A stretch of 32,000 nucleotides of DNA, from assembly GCA_030649345.1 (NCBI GenBank), contig JAUSKK010000051.1, forward strand, positions 1-32,000, given 5' to 3'. Positions within the stretch are counted from its first letter, which is position 1. Each line of letters begins with the position of its first letter. The position numbers and the translations under genes are program-made. Positions 25,609 through 32,000 of the stretch are shown here, piece by piece. The DNA is from Candidatus Iainarchaeum sp. (lineage in GTDB: Archaea > Iainarchaeota > Iainarchaeia > Iainarchaeales > 0-14-0-20-34-12). The notes below the pieces were generated by a model that saw nothing but the letters and a program-made list of their open reading frames with translations, was not told where the DNA came from and did no database searches.

Positions 25609-26661
25609 ATGCGAAAACCTGTTTCCAGAAGACCTAGCGCAAAAGTTCATCGAATTGCAAGAATGGTAATTTTAGGTAGTTTAGCTGGAGCTAATTTAGG
25701 ACCACATTCAGCAAAACCTTCAACTCCAGTTGTACAGCGTGCAGGAAGATTAAGACACGATGCATTTTTGCAAGAACAACTGAAAGCCAGGTCGCGTGGA
25801 ATTGAAAAAGTACGAAAAGAAGAAGCACGCAAAAAAGCAGAAGAATTAGAACGACAAAGATTGGAAGAAGTTCGAATAAAAAAAGAAGCAGAAGAAAGAA
25901 TTGCACGAAAAGAAAAATGGCAAAAAAGTTTGGAAACATTAAAACGGGTTACACTGCAAATAAGACGTACGCGAATTTCCAGCAGATTTATGCGACAAAA
26001 TTTGTCTAAATTTAAAAAATATTTAGATGAAAATGCAAGAGCATTGCATAAAAAAATGCGAAAACATGAATGGGAAACTGGCGGGGTAGTTTTAATCGAA
26101 CGTGGAAAAGTAAAAATGATTGATTTACCGGATCCAGAAGATACAAAAATACGCGGATGGTTAGCAGAATTAAAGAAAGGGAATCTAACTAATTTTTCAG
26201 ATATTCGTACAGCGATTCTGGAAAGATTTGAACGAGAAAAAGTAGGGGCTAGACCCAGTATTCAAATTGAAGTAGATGCAGATATTGAGGAAGCCCATCA
26301 GATTCAAAAAGAACTTGCTGAAGAAAGAAATGGGAAACCTGTTTCAAAAAATAGAAGAAAATCTATTTTGGATTTTTTAAAATACCATTTAGATATTGTT
26401 GGCCGGCATAGTTACAGTGGGTTGGCCAATAATTACTTAATTGATGAAGCCTATGCTTCTGCTTTTGATGAACAATCCGACAGTAGATATTTTGGAAGCT
26501 GGCATGTGCATACTCTTGGAAGCCCAGCCAGTAAACAAGATATTCAAGGAAGTACTGCATGGGGCCCTAAAATTGTTTTTTCACCTACTCGAACCGGAAT
26601 GAAAGTGCATATTCTTCAATTAGGTCGAGTAACGAATACCTACACGTATACTTTTAGATAA
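25609..26661 (+). CDS. ORFan: basic N-terminus with a hydrophobic segment, a K/E-rich coiled coil, and a C-terminal domain with a JAB/MPN-like H-x-H...S-x-x-D motif
   Basis: MRKPVSRRPSAKVHRIARMVILGSLAGANLGPHSA, then about 70 aa of K/E/R-rich helix, then EWETGGVVLIERGKV and GSWHVHTLGSPASKQD (nt 26503-26541). Confidence 0.5.
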   Translation: MRKPVSRRPSAKVHRIARMVILGSLAGANLGPHSAKPSTPVVQRAGRLRHDAFLQEQLKARSRGIEKVRKEEARKKAEELERQRLEEVRIKKEAEERIARKEKWQKSLETLKRVTLQIRRTRISSRFMRQNLSKFKKYLDENARALHKKMRKHEWETGGVVLIERGKVKMIDLPDPEDTKIRGWLAELKKGNLTNFSDIRTAILERFEREKVGARPSIQIEVDADIEEAHQIQKELAEERNGKPVSKNRRKSILDFLKYHLDIVGRHSYSGLANNYLIDEAYASAFDEQSDSRYFGSWHVHTLGSPASKQDIQGSTAWGPKIVFSPTRTGMKVHILQLGRVTNTYTYTFR

Positions 26662-26684
26662 CAAAAACACTTTTTGCCGAAATG

Positions 26685-26702
26685 ATTTGAAAAATTTCAA
26701 AT
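26685..26702 (+). promoter_or_regulatory. palindrome upstream of lplB-lplA
   Basis: ATTTGAAA-AA-TTTCAAAT sits 50 nt upstream of the ATG at 26752. Its half-site resembles the TTTGAAAATTT box of the two conserved modules. Confidence 0.35.
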
Positions 26703-26751
26703 AGGTATTTAATGGTTTCAGTCTTTTGAGGATAAGAAACTAAGTGAGATT

Positions 26752-27048
26752 ATGAAAGGTTATGCAATTGAAAAAGTTGAAAATGGAAAGTTAGTCAAAA
26801 TTAAAGTAGATTTTGATGAACGCATTAATTCAATTCAAATCTTGGGAGACTTTTTCTTGCATCCCGAAGAATCCATTTTTGAAATGGAAAAACAACTCAA
26901 AGGAATTCCGTCCAGTCAAAGTCAGGAATCGATTCAGTTGATTTTAGAAAATTATTTGAAAACAAGTCATGCCAAATTAATTGGAATGACTGCAGAAGCA
27001 ATTGCACGCACTGTAAAAAAGGCAATGAATGAAGGTGTTCAAAAATGA
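26752..27048 (+). CDS. lplB: lipoate-protein ligase C-terminal-domain protein (LplB-type)
   Basis: 98 aa. GKLVKIKVDFDERINSIQILGDFFLHPEE matches the LplA C-terminal domain pattern (GDFF). It overlaps the catalytic-domain gene by ATGA. Confidence 0.7.
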   Translation: MKGYAIEKVENGKLVKIKVDFDERINSIQILGDFFLHPEESIFEMEKQLKGIPSSQSQESIQLILENYLKTSHAKLIGMTAEAIARTVKKAMNEGVQK

Positions 27049-27797
27049 CTTGGCGTGTCGTAAAACTAGAAGAACATTCAGCTGAATTAAATATGGCAAT
27101 CGATGAAGCTGTTTGTGAATTTGTTGCAAACGGAAAATCTAAAGCAACTATTCGTTTCTATAAATGGAAACCGAGTGCAGTCAGTATTGGATATTTTCAA
27201 AGCTTAGAAGATGAGGTTGACGTACGATTATGCAAAGATTTAGGATTTGATTTTGTTCGAAGAAGAACTGGCGGCGGAGCAGTCTATCATGACGCTAAAG
27301 GAGAAATAACATACAGTGTAATTGCTCCTGAAAAAATTTTCCCAAAAGGAATTACGGAAAGTTATCATGTAATTTGCGGATGGATTGTGGATTCATTAAA
27401 CGAGCTGGGAATCACTGCAGAGTTTAAGCCTATTAATGACATTATTACACATGGAAAAAAGATTTCTGGAAATGCTCAAACAAGAAGAAACGGAGTACTA
27501 TTACAGCACGGTACTATCTTGTATGATTTAGATGTAGAAACCATGTTTCGCTTGTTAAAAGTTCCTAAAGAAAAAATCTCCGATAAAATGATCTCCGATG
27601 TCAAACAAAGAGTCACTAGTATTCGAGATATTAAAGGAGATTCTGTTTCTGAAATGAATGTTGCAGCTGCATTGGAAAAAGGATTCACAAATGGGAAAGA
27701 ATTTGAGTATGGGAAATGGACCAAAGAAGAACTTGTACGAGCACATGAATTGGTTAAAGAAAGATATTCTAAACAAGAATGGAATTTCATGCGATAA
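27045..27797 (+). CDS. lplA: lipoate-protein ligase A catalytic domain
   Basis: RRRTGGGAVYHD, the GKKISGNAQ lysine motif, and VSIGYFQ. At 250 aa it lacks the C-terminal domain, which is encoded separately upstream. Confidence 0.85.
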   Translation: MTWRVVKLEEHSAELNMAIDEAVCEFVANGKSKATIRFYKWKPSAVSIGYFQSLEDEVDVRLCKDLGFDFVRRRTGGGAVYHDAKGEITYSVIAPEKIFPKGITESYHVICGWIVDSLNELGITAEFKPINDIITHGKKISGNAQTRRNGVLLQHGTILYDLDVETMFRLLKVPKEKISDKMISDVKQRVTSIRDIKGDSVSEMNVAAALEKGFTNGKEFEYGKWTKEELVRAHELVKERYSKQEWNFMR

Positions 27798-27838
27798 ATA
27801 CTGAAAAGCTTTTAAAGAACAAAACAAAGAATACTTGT

Positions 27839-28150
27839 ATGCCTTTACCTATTAAACGAAGACCTAAATTGCGAGTTGTTCAATTTCATGAAATGGATCG
27901 AGAACAAGCTAGAGCTGATTTGCGCAGACGAATTGATTTAATGAATCAAGTAGGCAAACATTTATTGCCGGAAGTTCGGTTAGTGAATGCATTAACTGAA
28001 CTTAGGATAGGCAATTTGGATCCTCAAGTGATTGCTGCTTTACGATCTCTTGCAAAAAATGGAACACGAAATCAGCAAGCAAGAGCACGAAAGGCATTGG
28101 GTAAATTTAAACTAGGCAAAAGACAAGTTTCCAAAGAAGGACATGCTTAA
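27839..28150 (+). CDS. small basic ORFan, possibly HEAT-like helical repeat
   Basis: The internal ATG at 27839 (MPLPIKRRPKLRVVQFH...) is preferred, because the track start at 27779 overlaps lplA. DPQVIAALRSLAKNGTRNQQARARKALGK resembles a HEAT/PBS-lyase-type repeat. Confidence 0.45.
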   Translation: MPLPIKRRPKLRVVQFHEMDREQARADLRRRIDLMNQVGKHLLPEVRLVNALTELRIGNLDPQVIAALRSLAKNGTRNQQARARKALGKFKLGKRQVSKEGHA

Positions 28151-28187
28151 GGAAAATCATTTATTCTTGTTCTAACCTAAACTAGAT

Positions 28188-28946
28188 ATGCCTAAACATG
28201 GAGTCATTTCAAGTTTACGGAGAAAAAAACCAGGTGAACGTGGATATGAGCACACGGTTAAATTAAGAAAACAATTAAAAGAAGATTTACGGTTGGCACG
28301 TAGATTGCATAATCCAAACAATGAGTCATACGGCCAGCTTGGAACAAACTATAGGCGTCTTAGGCTAATGTTCAAAGCACATTTTGAAGAATTTTTAGCA
28401 AGAAAAAAAAGGCAAGTCAGAGAAGAACGAACACATAATTCAAATGCCAAACTCAGATGGCTGGATATTGGCCCAGGTTTACCGGAAAATTTTTTGTCTG
28501 ATTTTGATAAAATAGATCCATCCAGACTATTGGTTGAATTTCATACTTTAGGCCCTCAAGCAGTTAATCCCAAACGAAAACCTGAAATGCGAATGCGGGA
28601 AATTAAATTAAGCGAAGGGAGAACAGAACAAATTCGGAGACACGAATTAAATCCAGACTATAATCCATTGTTTACTCATCACGTAGGCGCTATTGAAACC
28701 TATGATCCCAGAAAACTGGGCGGAAAATTTGATTGTATTGTGTCAACCGGAACTCTTTTTTATGGAAAACAAATTACCGAAGTTCTTCCCAAAATTTGCG
28801 ATTTATTAAATCATCAAGGCCGTGCATTTTTACAAGTTGGATTTGATGTTCCTGCTTTGATTGAATTTTTAAGAACTAACCTTCCAGTAAATTATGAATT
28901 ACGGCAATTTAATAAAACTTTTTTAATGATTGAACGAGTTCACTAA
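28188..28946 (+). CDS. ORFan, class I methyltransferase-fold-like, paralog A
   Basis: Basic N-terminus (SSLRRKKPGERG). Motif I-like RWLDIGPGL, motif II-like KFDCIVSTG, and motif III-like LLNHQGRAFL. It aligns along most of its length with 30440..31261. Confidence 0.55.
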   Translation: MPKHGVISSLRRKKPGERGYEHTVKLRKQLKEDLRLARRLHNPNNESYGQLGTNYRRLRLMFKAHFEEFLARKKRQVREERTHNSNAKLRWLDIGPGLPENFLSDFDKIDPSRLLVEFHTLGPQAVNPKRKPEMRMREIKLSEGRTEQIRRHELNPDYNPLFTHHVGAIETYDPRKLGGKFDCIVSTGTLFYGKQITEVLPKICDLLNHQGRAFLQVGFDVPALIEFLRTNLPVNYELRQFNKTFLMIERVH

Positions 28947-28949
28947 GTA

Positions 28950-30377
28950 TTAGTGTTTCTTTTTGCCTTGGTGTACACATTTGCCTAAAGCATCTTCTGC
29001 TGCTTCCATAATGGCTTCCGGCATGGTTGGATGCGGATGAATTACTGAAGCTAAATCTTCTAATTGGGCAGCCATTTCAATAGCTAAAGCACATTCACTA
29101 ATTAAGTCTGAAGCATGTTCGCCTACAATTTGGATTCCTAAAACAATTTGAGATTCTTGGTCAGCAACAATTTTTACAAAACCTTCTGTTTTATTCATGG
29201 TTAAAGCTCGACCTAAAGCTTTGAATGGAAACTTTCCAATAACTACAGTATATCCTTGCGCTTTGGCTTCATGTTCTTGCAATCCAACATAAGCAATTTC
29301 TGGATCTGTAAATACTACGGCTGGAACCACGTGATTATCAAAAGCAACATTATGGCCGGCAATCACTTCAGCTGCAATCTTTGCTTGCCTGGAAGCTTTA
29401 TGCGCTAACATTGGATTTCCTGTAATGTCTCCAATGGCAAAAATTCGATTATCGGTTGTTCTGCATTGTTCATTAATTATCATAAAACCTTTTTCATCCA
29501 ATTGAACTTTAGTGGTGTCTAATTGAAGTCCTTCCGAGTAAGGTTTTCTTCCAACTGCAACCAAAACTTTTTCAACTTCGATTGAAAATTTTTCTCCTTT
29601 ATTTTTTGGATTCACCGACAAAATAACTGAGTTGTCTTTTTTTTCACATCCTTCAACAGCGGATTGTAGTAAAATTTTAACTCCATATTTTTCGAGTTGC
29701 TTTTGTAATGGCACAATTAATTCAGGGTCTGTACCCGGCAATAACTGGTCTCCTAATTCAATGATTGTAACTTTGCATCCAAGTTTAGCGTATACAATTC
29801 CTAATTCTAATCCAATGTATCCTCCGCCGACTACTGCCAAAGATTCTGGAGCATCGCGTAAAGCCAAAGCGCCTGTTGAACTTAAAATTTGGCGTTCATC
29901 AAATTTCATGAAAGGCAATTCAACTGGTTTAGAACCAGTGGCAATAATACAGTAATCAAATTCTACAGTTGCTACATTTTTGTCATTCGGAATTCCAAGA
30001 GTACGAGAATCTTTAAAGAATGCTTTTCCTTTCAATATTTCCACACCATAATTTTTGCATAAAAAAGCAATTCCTTCAACCAATTTTTTGACTACATCTT
30101 TTTTCCAAGACTGCATTTTTTCAGTATCCAAAGAAACAGCTTGAGCACTAATTCCAAAGAGTTGACTTTCTTCAATATTTCGAAAAAATGAGCTTGCGTG
30201 AATTAATGCTTTGCTGGGAATGCAGCCAACATTCAAACAAACTCCGCCCAATTCTGTGTCTTCAATTAAAATTACCGATTTACCTAATTGTGCTGCGCGT
30301 AAAGCTGCTACATATCCACCTGGGCCGGAGCCAATAATGGCTACATCGTATTTGACTGCAATATCACCCATCACCAT
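28950..30377 (-). CDS. lpdA: dihydrolipoyl dehydrogenase (E3)
   Basis: YDVAIIGSGPGGY, redox disulfide GGVCLNVGCIPSK, a second Rossmann fold LAVVGGGYIGLE, and the C-terminal HPHPTMPE His-Glu dyad. Confidence 0.92.
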   Translation of the reverse strand: MVMGDIAVKYDVAIIGSGPGGYVAALRAAQLGKSVILIEDTELGGVCLNVGCIPSKALIHASSFFRNIEESQLFGISAQAVSLDTEKMQSWKKDVVKKLVEGIAFLCKNYGVEILKGKAFFKDSRTLGIPNDKNVATVEFDYCIIATGSKPVELPFMKFDERQILSSTGALALRDAPESLAVVGGGYIGLELGIVYAKLGCKVTIIELGDQLLPGTDPELIVPLQKQLEKYGVKILLQSAVEGCEKKDNSVILSVNPKNKGEKFSIEVEKVLVAVGRKPYSEGLQLDTTKVQLDEKGFMIINEQCRTTDNRIFAIGDITGNPMLAHKASRQAKIAAEVIAGHNVAFDNHVVPAVVFTDPEIAYVGLQEHEAKAQGYTVVIGKFPFKALGRALTMNKTEGFVKIVADQESQIVLGIQIVGEHASDLISECALAIEMAAQLEDLASVIHPHPTMPEAIMEAAEDALGKCVHQGKKKH

Positions 30378-30439
30378 GTTACATCACAATAAGTAATGTA
30401 TATTATAAAGTTTGAATTTAAAATAGTAATTGATTGATT

Positions 30440-31261
30440 ATGCTCAAAAGACCTAGAATTCGACAGCCTGTGAATAAACGAATTGAAAAACAAAGAAAAC
30501 GCGGAGTAATTCCAAGTTTGTATGGATTTTTTGACCGAAAATATTCACATTTAATTGATTCACCGCGAAAAAGATTGAAGGACAGTATTCGAATGGCCCG
30601 CAAACATCAAATGCCTACAGGCACGTATTACAGCACGGTTGGCGGACATTATGCAAATATGGATCACTATTTTGGAAAACTATTTGAAAGCTTTATTCAA
30701 GGACAAATTAAATTAACTCAAGCACAAGGACTTAAGCCTGTGCGAATTTTAGATATTGGTCCAGGACTAACAGAACGTTTTATGCATGGCTTGCGTAGAT
30801 TGGATCCAACTTTAAAGCATATGCAAATTCACACCATTTCTCCGGAGCAAATTAATCCAAAAACAAGAAGAACGCAAAATGTTCAAAGAGTTTTGACTTT
30901 AAGCAGTGGAGAAAGATTACCTGTCTTTGAACAAGAACCCAATCCAAACTACGAAAAAAGATTAAGACACCATGTTCAAGCGATTGAAACAATTAATCCT
31001 AAAAAATTCAAACGAAAATTTGATGTAATTGTTTCAGTTTGGGGAGGTACACGATATGCTATTGAACCAGTAACTGAAACTATTATTAAAGTCGCACGAT
31101 TATTGAATCCGAAAGGCAAAGCATTTTTGCATACAGCTACATTGCGTCCTGCTGATTTAGAAATATTGGAAAAAGAATTGGGAAAAAATTATGACATAAA
31201 AATAACAGATGGATCGAGAAAAACATTTGCTACGGCAATTATTATTACACGAAAAAGATGA
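30440..31261 (+). CDS. ORFan, class I methyltransferase-fold-like, paralog B
   Basis: ATG at 30440 (MLKRPRIRQPVNKRIEKQRKRG...); the track start at 30434 is a TTG. It carries RILDIGPGL, KFDVIVSVWG and LLNPKGKAFL. HHVQAIETINPKK matches HHVGAIETYDPRK in paralog A. Confidence 0.55.
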   Translation: MLKRPRIRQPVNKRIEKQRKRGVIPSLYGFFDRKYSHLIDSPRKRLKDSIRMARKHQMPTGTYYSTVGGHYANMDHYFGKLFESFIQGQIKLTQAQGLKPVRILDIGPGLTERFMHGLRRLDPTLKHMQIHTISPEQINPKTRRTQNVQRVLTLSSGERLPVFEQEPNPNYEKRLRHHVQAIETINPKKFKRKFDVIVSVWGGTRYAIEPVTETIIKVARLLNPKGKAFLHTATLRPADLEILEKELGKNYDIKITDGSRKTFATAIIITRKR

Positions 31262-31305
31262 TAAATTCAAAATGTTACGAAAAAGAATTACTGGAAAAAA
31301 TAATC

Positions 31306-32000
31306 TTAAATTACGTCAACCAGCATTAGCCCAGGATCTTGCAAATATTTAATGACGTCATTCAAGAAACGTGCTGCTTCTGCTCCGTCAATAATTCTGT
31401 GATCAAAGGTTACTGTCAAATTCATCATTTTGCGTACAACAATTTCGCTGTTGCGTACAACTGCTCGGTCTACAATTTTATAAATTCCTAAAATTCCAAC
31501 TTCTGGATAATTCAATACAGGCGTAGCCATAATTCCGCCAGCTGAACCAATATTAGTAATTGTGAATGTTCCGCCATGCATGTCTTCTGGTTTTAGTTTT
31601 CGTTCTCTGGCTAAAGTTGCTTTTTCTTGAATTTCTTTAGCTAATTGTAAAATGCTTTTTTTGTCTGCATCTTTTAAAACAAAAACCATTAATCCTTCAG
31701 CAGTGTCTACAGCAATTCCTATATTGTAATATTTTTTCAAAACAATTTCTTTGGTTGTGTCATCTACACTGGCATTCAAAAAAGTATGATCTTTCAAGGA
31801 AGCAACCAAAGATTTGATAATAAAAGGCAAAAAAGTTAGTTTGACTCCGCGTTTTTCAGCATCTGCTTTTTGTCTTTCTCGTAAAATAACCAAGTCTGTT
31901 ACATCGCATTCATCTAAATGAGTCACTTGCGGTGCAGTATACACAGACTGAATCATATGGTCTGCAACTGCTTTTCGCACACCCTTAAATGGAATGCGTT
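31306..32000 (-). CDS. 2-oxoacid dehydrogenase E2 acyltransferase, catalytic domain (N-terminal part outside window)
   Basis: The frame stays open to the window edge (..PFKGVRKAVADHM). The catalytic DHRIIDGAEAARFL motif, GGTFTITNIGSAGG and the P-x-x-N motif are present. Confidence 0.88.
   Translation of the reverse strand, partial: RIPFKGVRKAVADHMIQSVYTAPQVTHLDECDVTDLVILRERQKADAEKRGVKLTFLPFIIKSLVASLKDHTFLNASVDDTTKEIVLKKYYNIGIAVDTAEGLMVFVLKDADKKSILQLAKEIQEKATLARERKLKPEDMHGGTFTITNIGSAGGIMATPVLNYPEVGILGIYKIVDRAVVRNSEIVVRKMMNLTVTFDHRIIDGAEAARFLNDVIKYLQDPGLMLVDVI

Noticed and set aside
25780-25930. Purine-rich, repetitive-looking stretch (gaagaa/aaagaa).
   Set aside because: There is no fixed-period DNA repeat and no spacer structure. 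It encodes a K/E/R-rich coiled coil in frame with the 25609 ORF, so it is neither a CRISPR nor a tandem repeat.
25420-25939. Three minus-strand ORFs (25420..25650, 25647..25832, 25691..25939) opposite the membrane protein and the 25609 ORFan.
   Set aside because: 25691..25939 is the antisense reading of the GAA/AAA-rich coiled-coil segment, which gives Phe/Leu runs. None is longer or more protein-like than the plus-strand ORF. The plus-strand ORFan itself has only moderate support.
27779-27838. Upstream start of the small basic ORFan, overlapping lplA.
   Set aside because: The first 20 codons overlap lplA and its stop region. The internal ATG at 27839 yields the same basic Pro-containing N-terminus seen in the other ORFans.
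18610-28946. Elevated G+C in the ORFans as a sign of recent horizontal transfer.
   Set aside because: These are rough hand counts of 100-nt samples. The 5' ends of the 18610 and 25609 ORFs gave about 40-44 G+C. Samples of sdhA gave 24-38, and the start of 28188 gave about 34. The signal is inconsistent and is partly explained by Arg codons in the basic arms. It needs a proper sliding-window or GC3 calculation before any claim.
1-32000. Search for tRNA, rRNA, CRISPR arrays, transposases, integrases or obvious prophage or defence-island genes.
   Set aside because: The intergenic spaces are at most about 220 nt and AT-rich, with no cloverleaf-like GC stems. There are no regularly spaced direct repeats. 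No ORF shows DDE, tyrosine- or serine-recombinase, Cas, or restriction-modification hallmarks.

Overview
AT-rich, densely packed prokaryotic window with almost no non-coding DNA. I found no rRNA, tRNA, CRISPR array, transposase or integrase. The lineage is probably a small-genome archaeon (DPANN or Thermoplasmata-like). That is inferred from a split LplB/LplA lipoate ligase, an iron-sulfur-flavoprotein-type gene, PIN toxin pairs, and TATA-like boxes 25-35 nt upstream of several start codons alongside Shine-Dalgarno sites. I cannot prove it from this window.

Left to right, the recognisable genes are:
- an M24B Xaa-Pro peptidase (5' partial) and a VapBC-like pair;
- carA, a Nudix gene, carB and a second Nudix paralog;
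- an ATP-citrate-lyase / citryl-CoA-synthetase-type two-subunit enzyme that superficially looks like sucCD;
- TspO, a second PIN locus with a broken antitoxin frame, and a lipoprotein serpin;
- a GDT1/UPF0016 transporter, a stand-alone citryl-CoA lyase, and a class II fumarase;
- an orphan SdhA/FrdA flavoprotein and a 3Fe-4S-type ferredoxin;
- a minus-strand block of an FNR-like reductase, an acetolactate-synthase-family ThDP enzyme, a lipoprotein and an aldehyde dehydrogenase;
- a flavoprotein, a VOC protein and a ZIP-like membrane protein;
- lplB-lplA, and the E3 plus partial E2 genes of a 2-oxoacid dehydrogenase complex.

The least explained content is a set of seven plus-strand ORFans at 1682, 15568, 18610, 25609, 27839, 28188 and 30440, wedged between these housekeeping genes. 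Five begin with a Lys/Arg-rich arm containing a basic-basic-Pro signature. Two are methyltransferase-fold paralogs that bracket lpdA, and one of them splits the E2-E3 operon in antisense.

A second notable signal is a conserved promoter/operator module of about 60-80 nt. It contains the perfect palindrome ATAAAATTC-N4-GAATTTTAT and is shared by the citryl-CoA-synthetase-like operon and the orphan sdhA. A LuxR-type HTH ORFan lies directly next to one copy.
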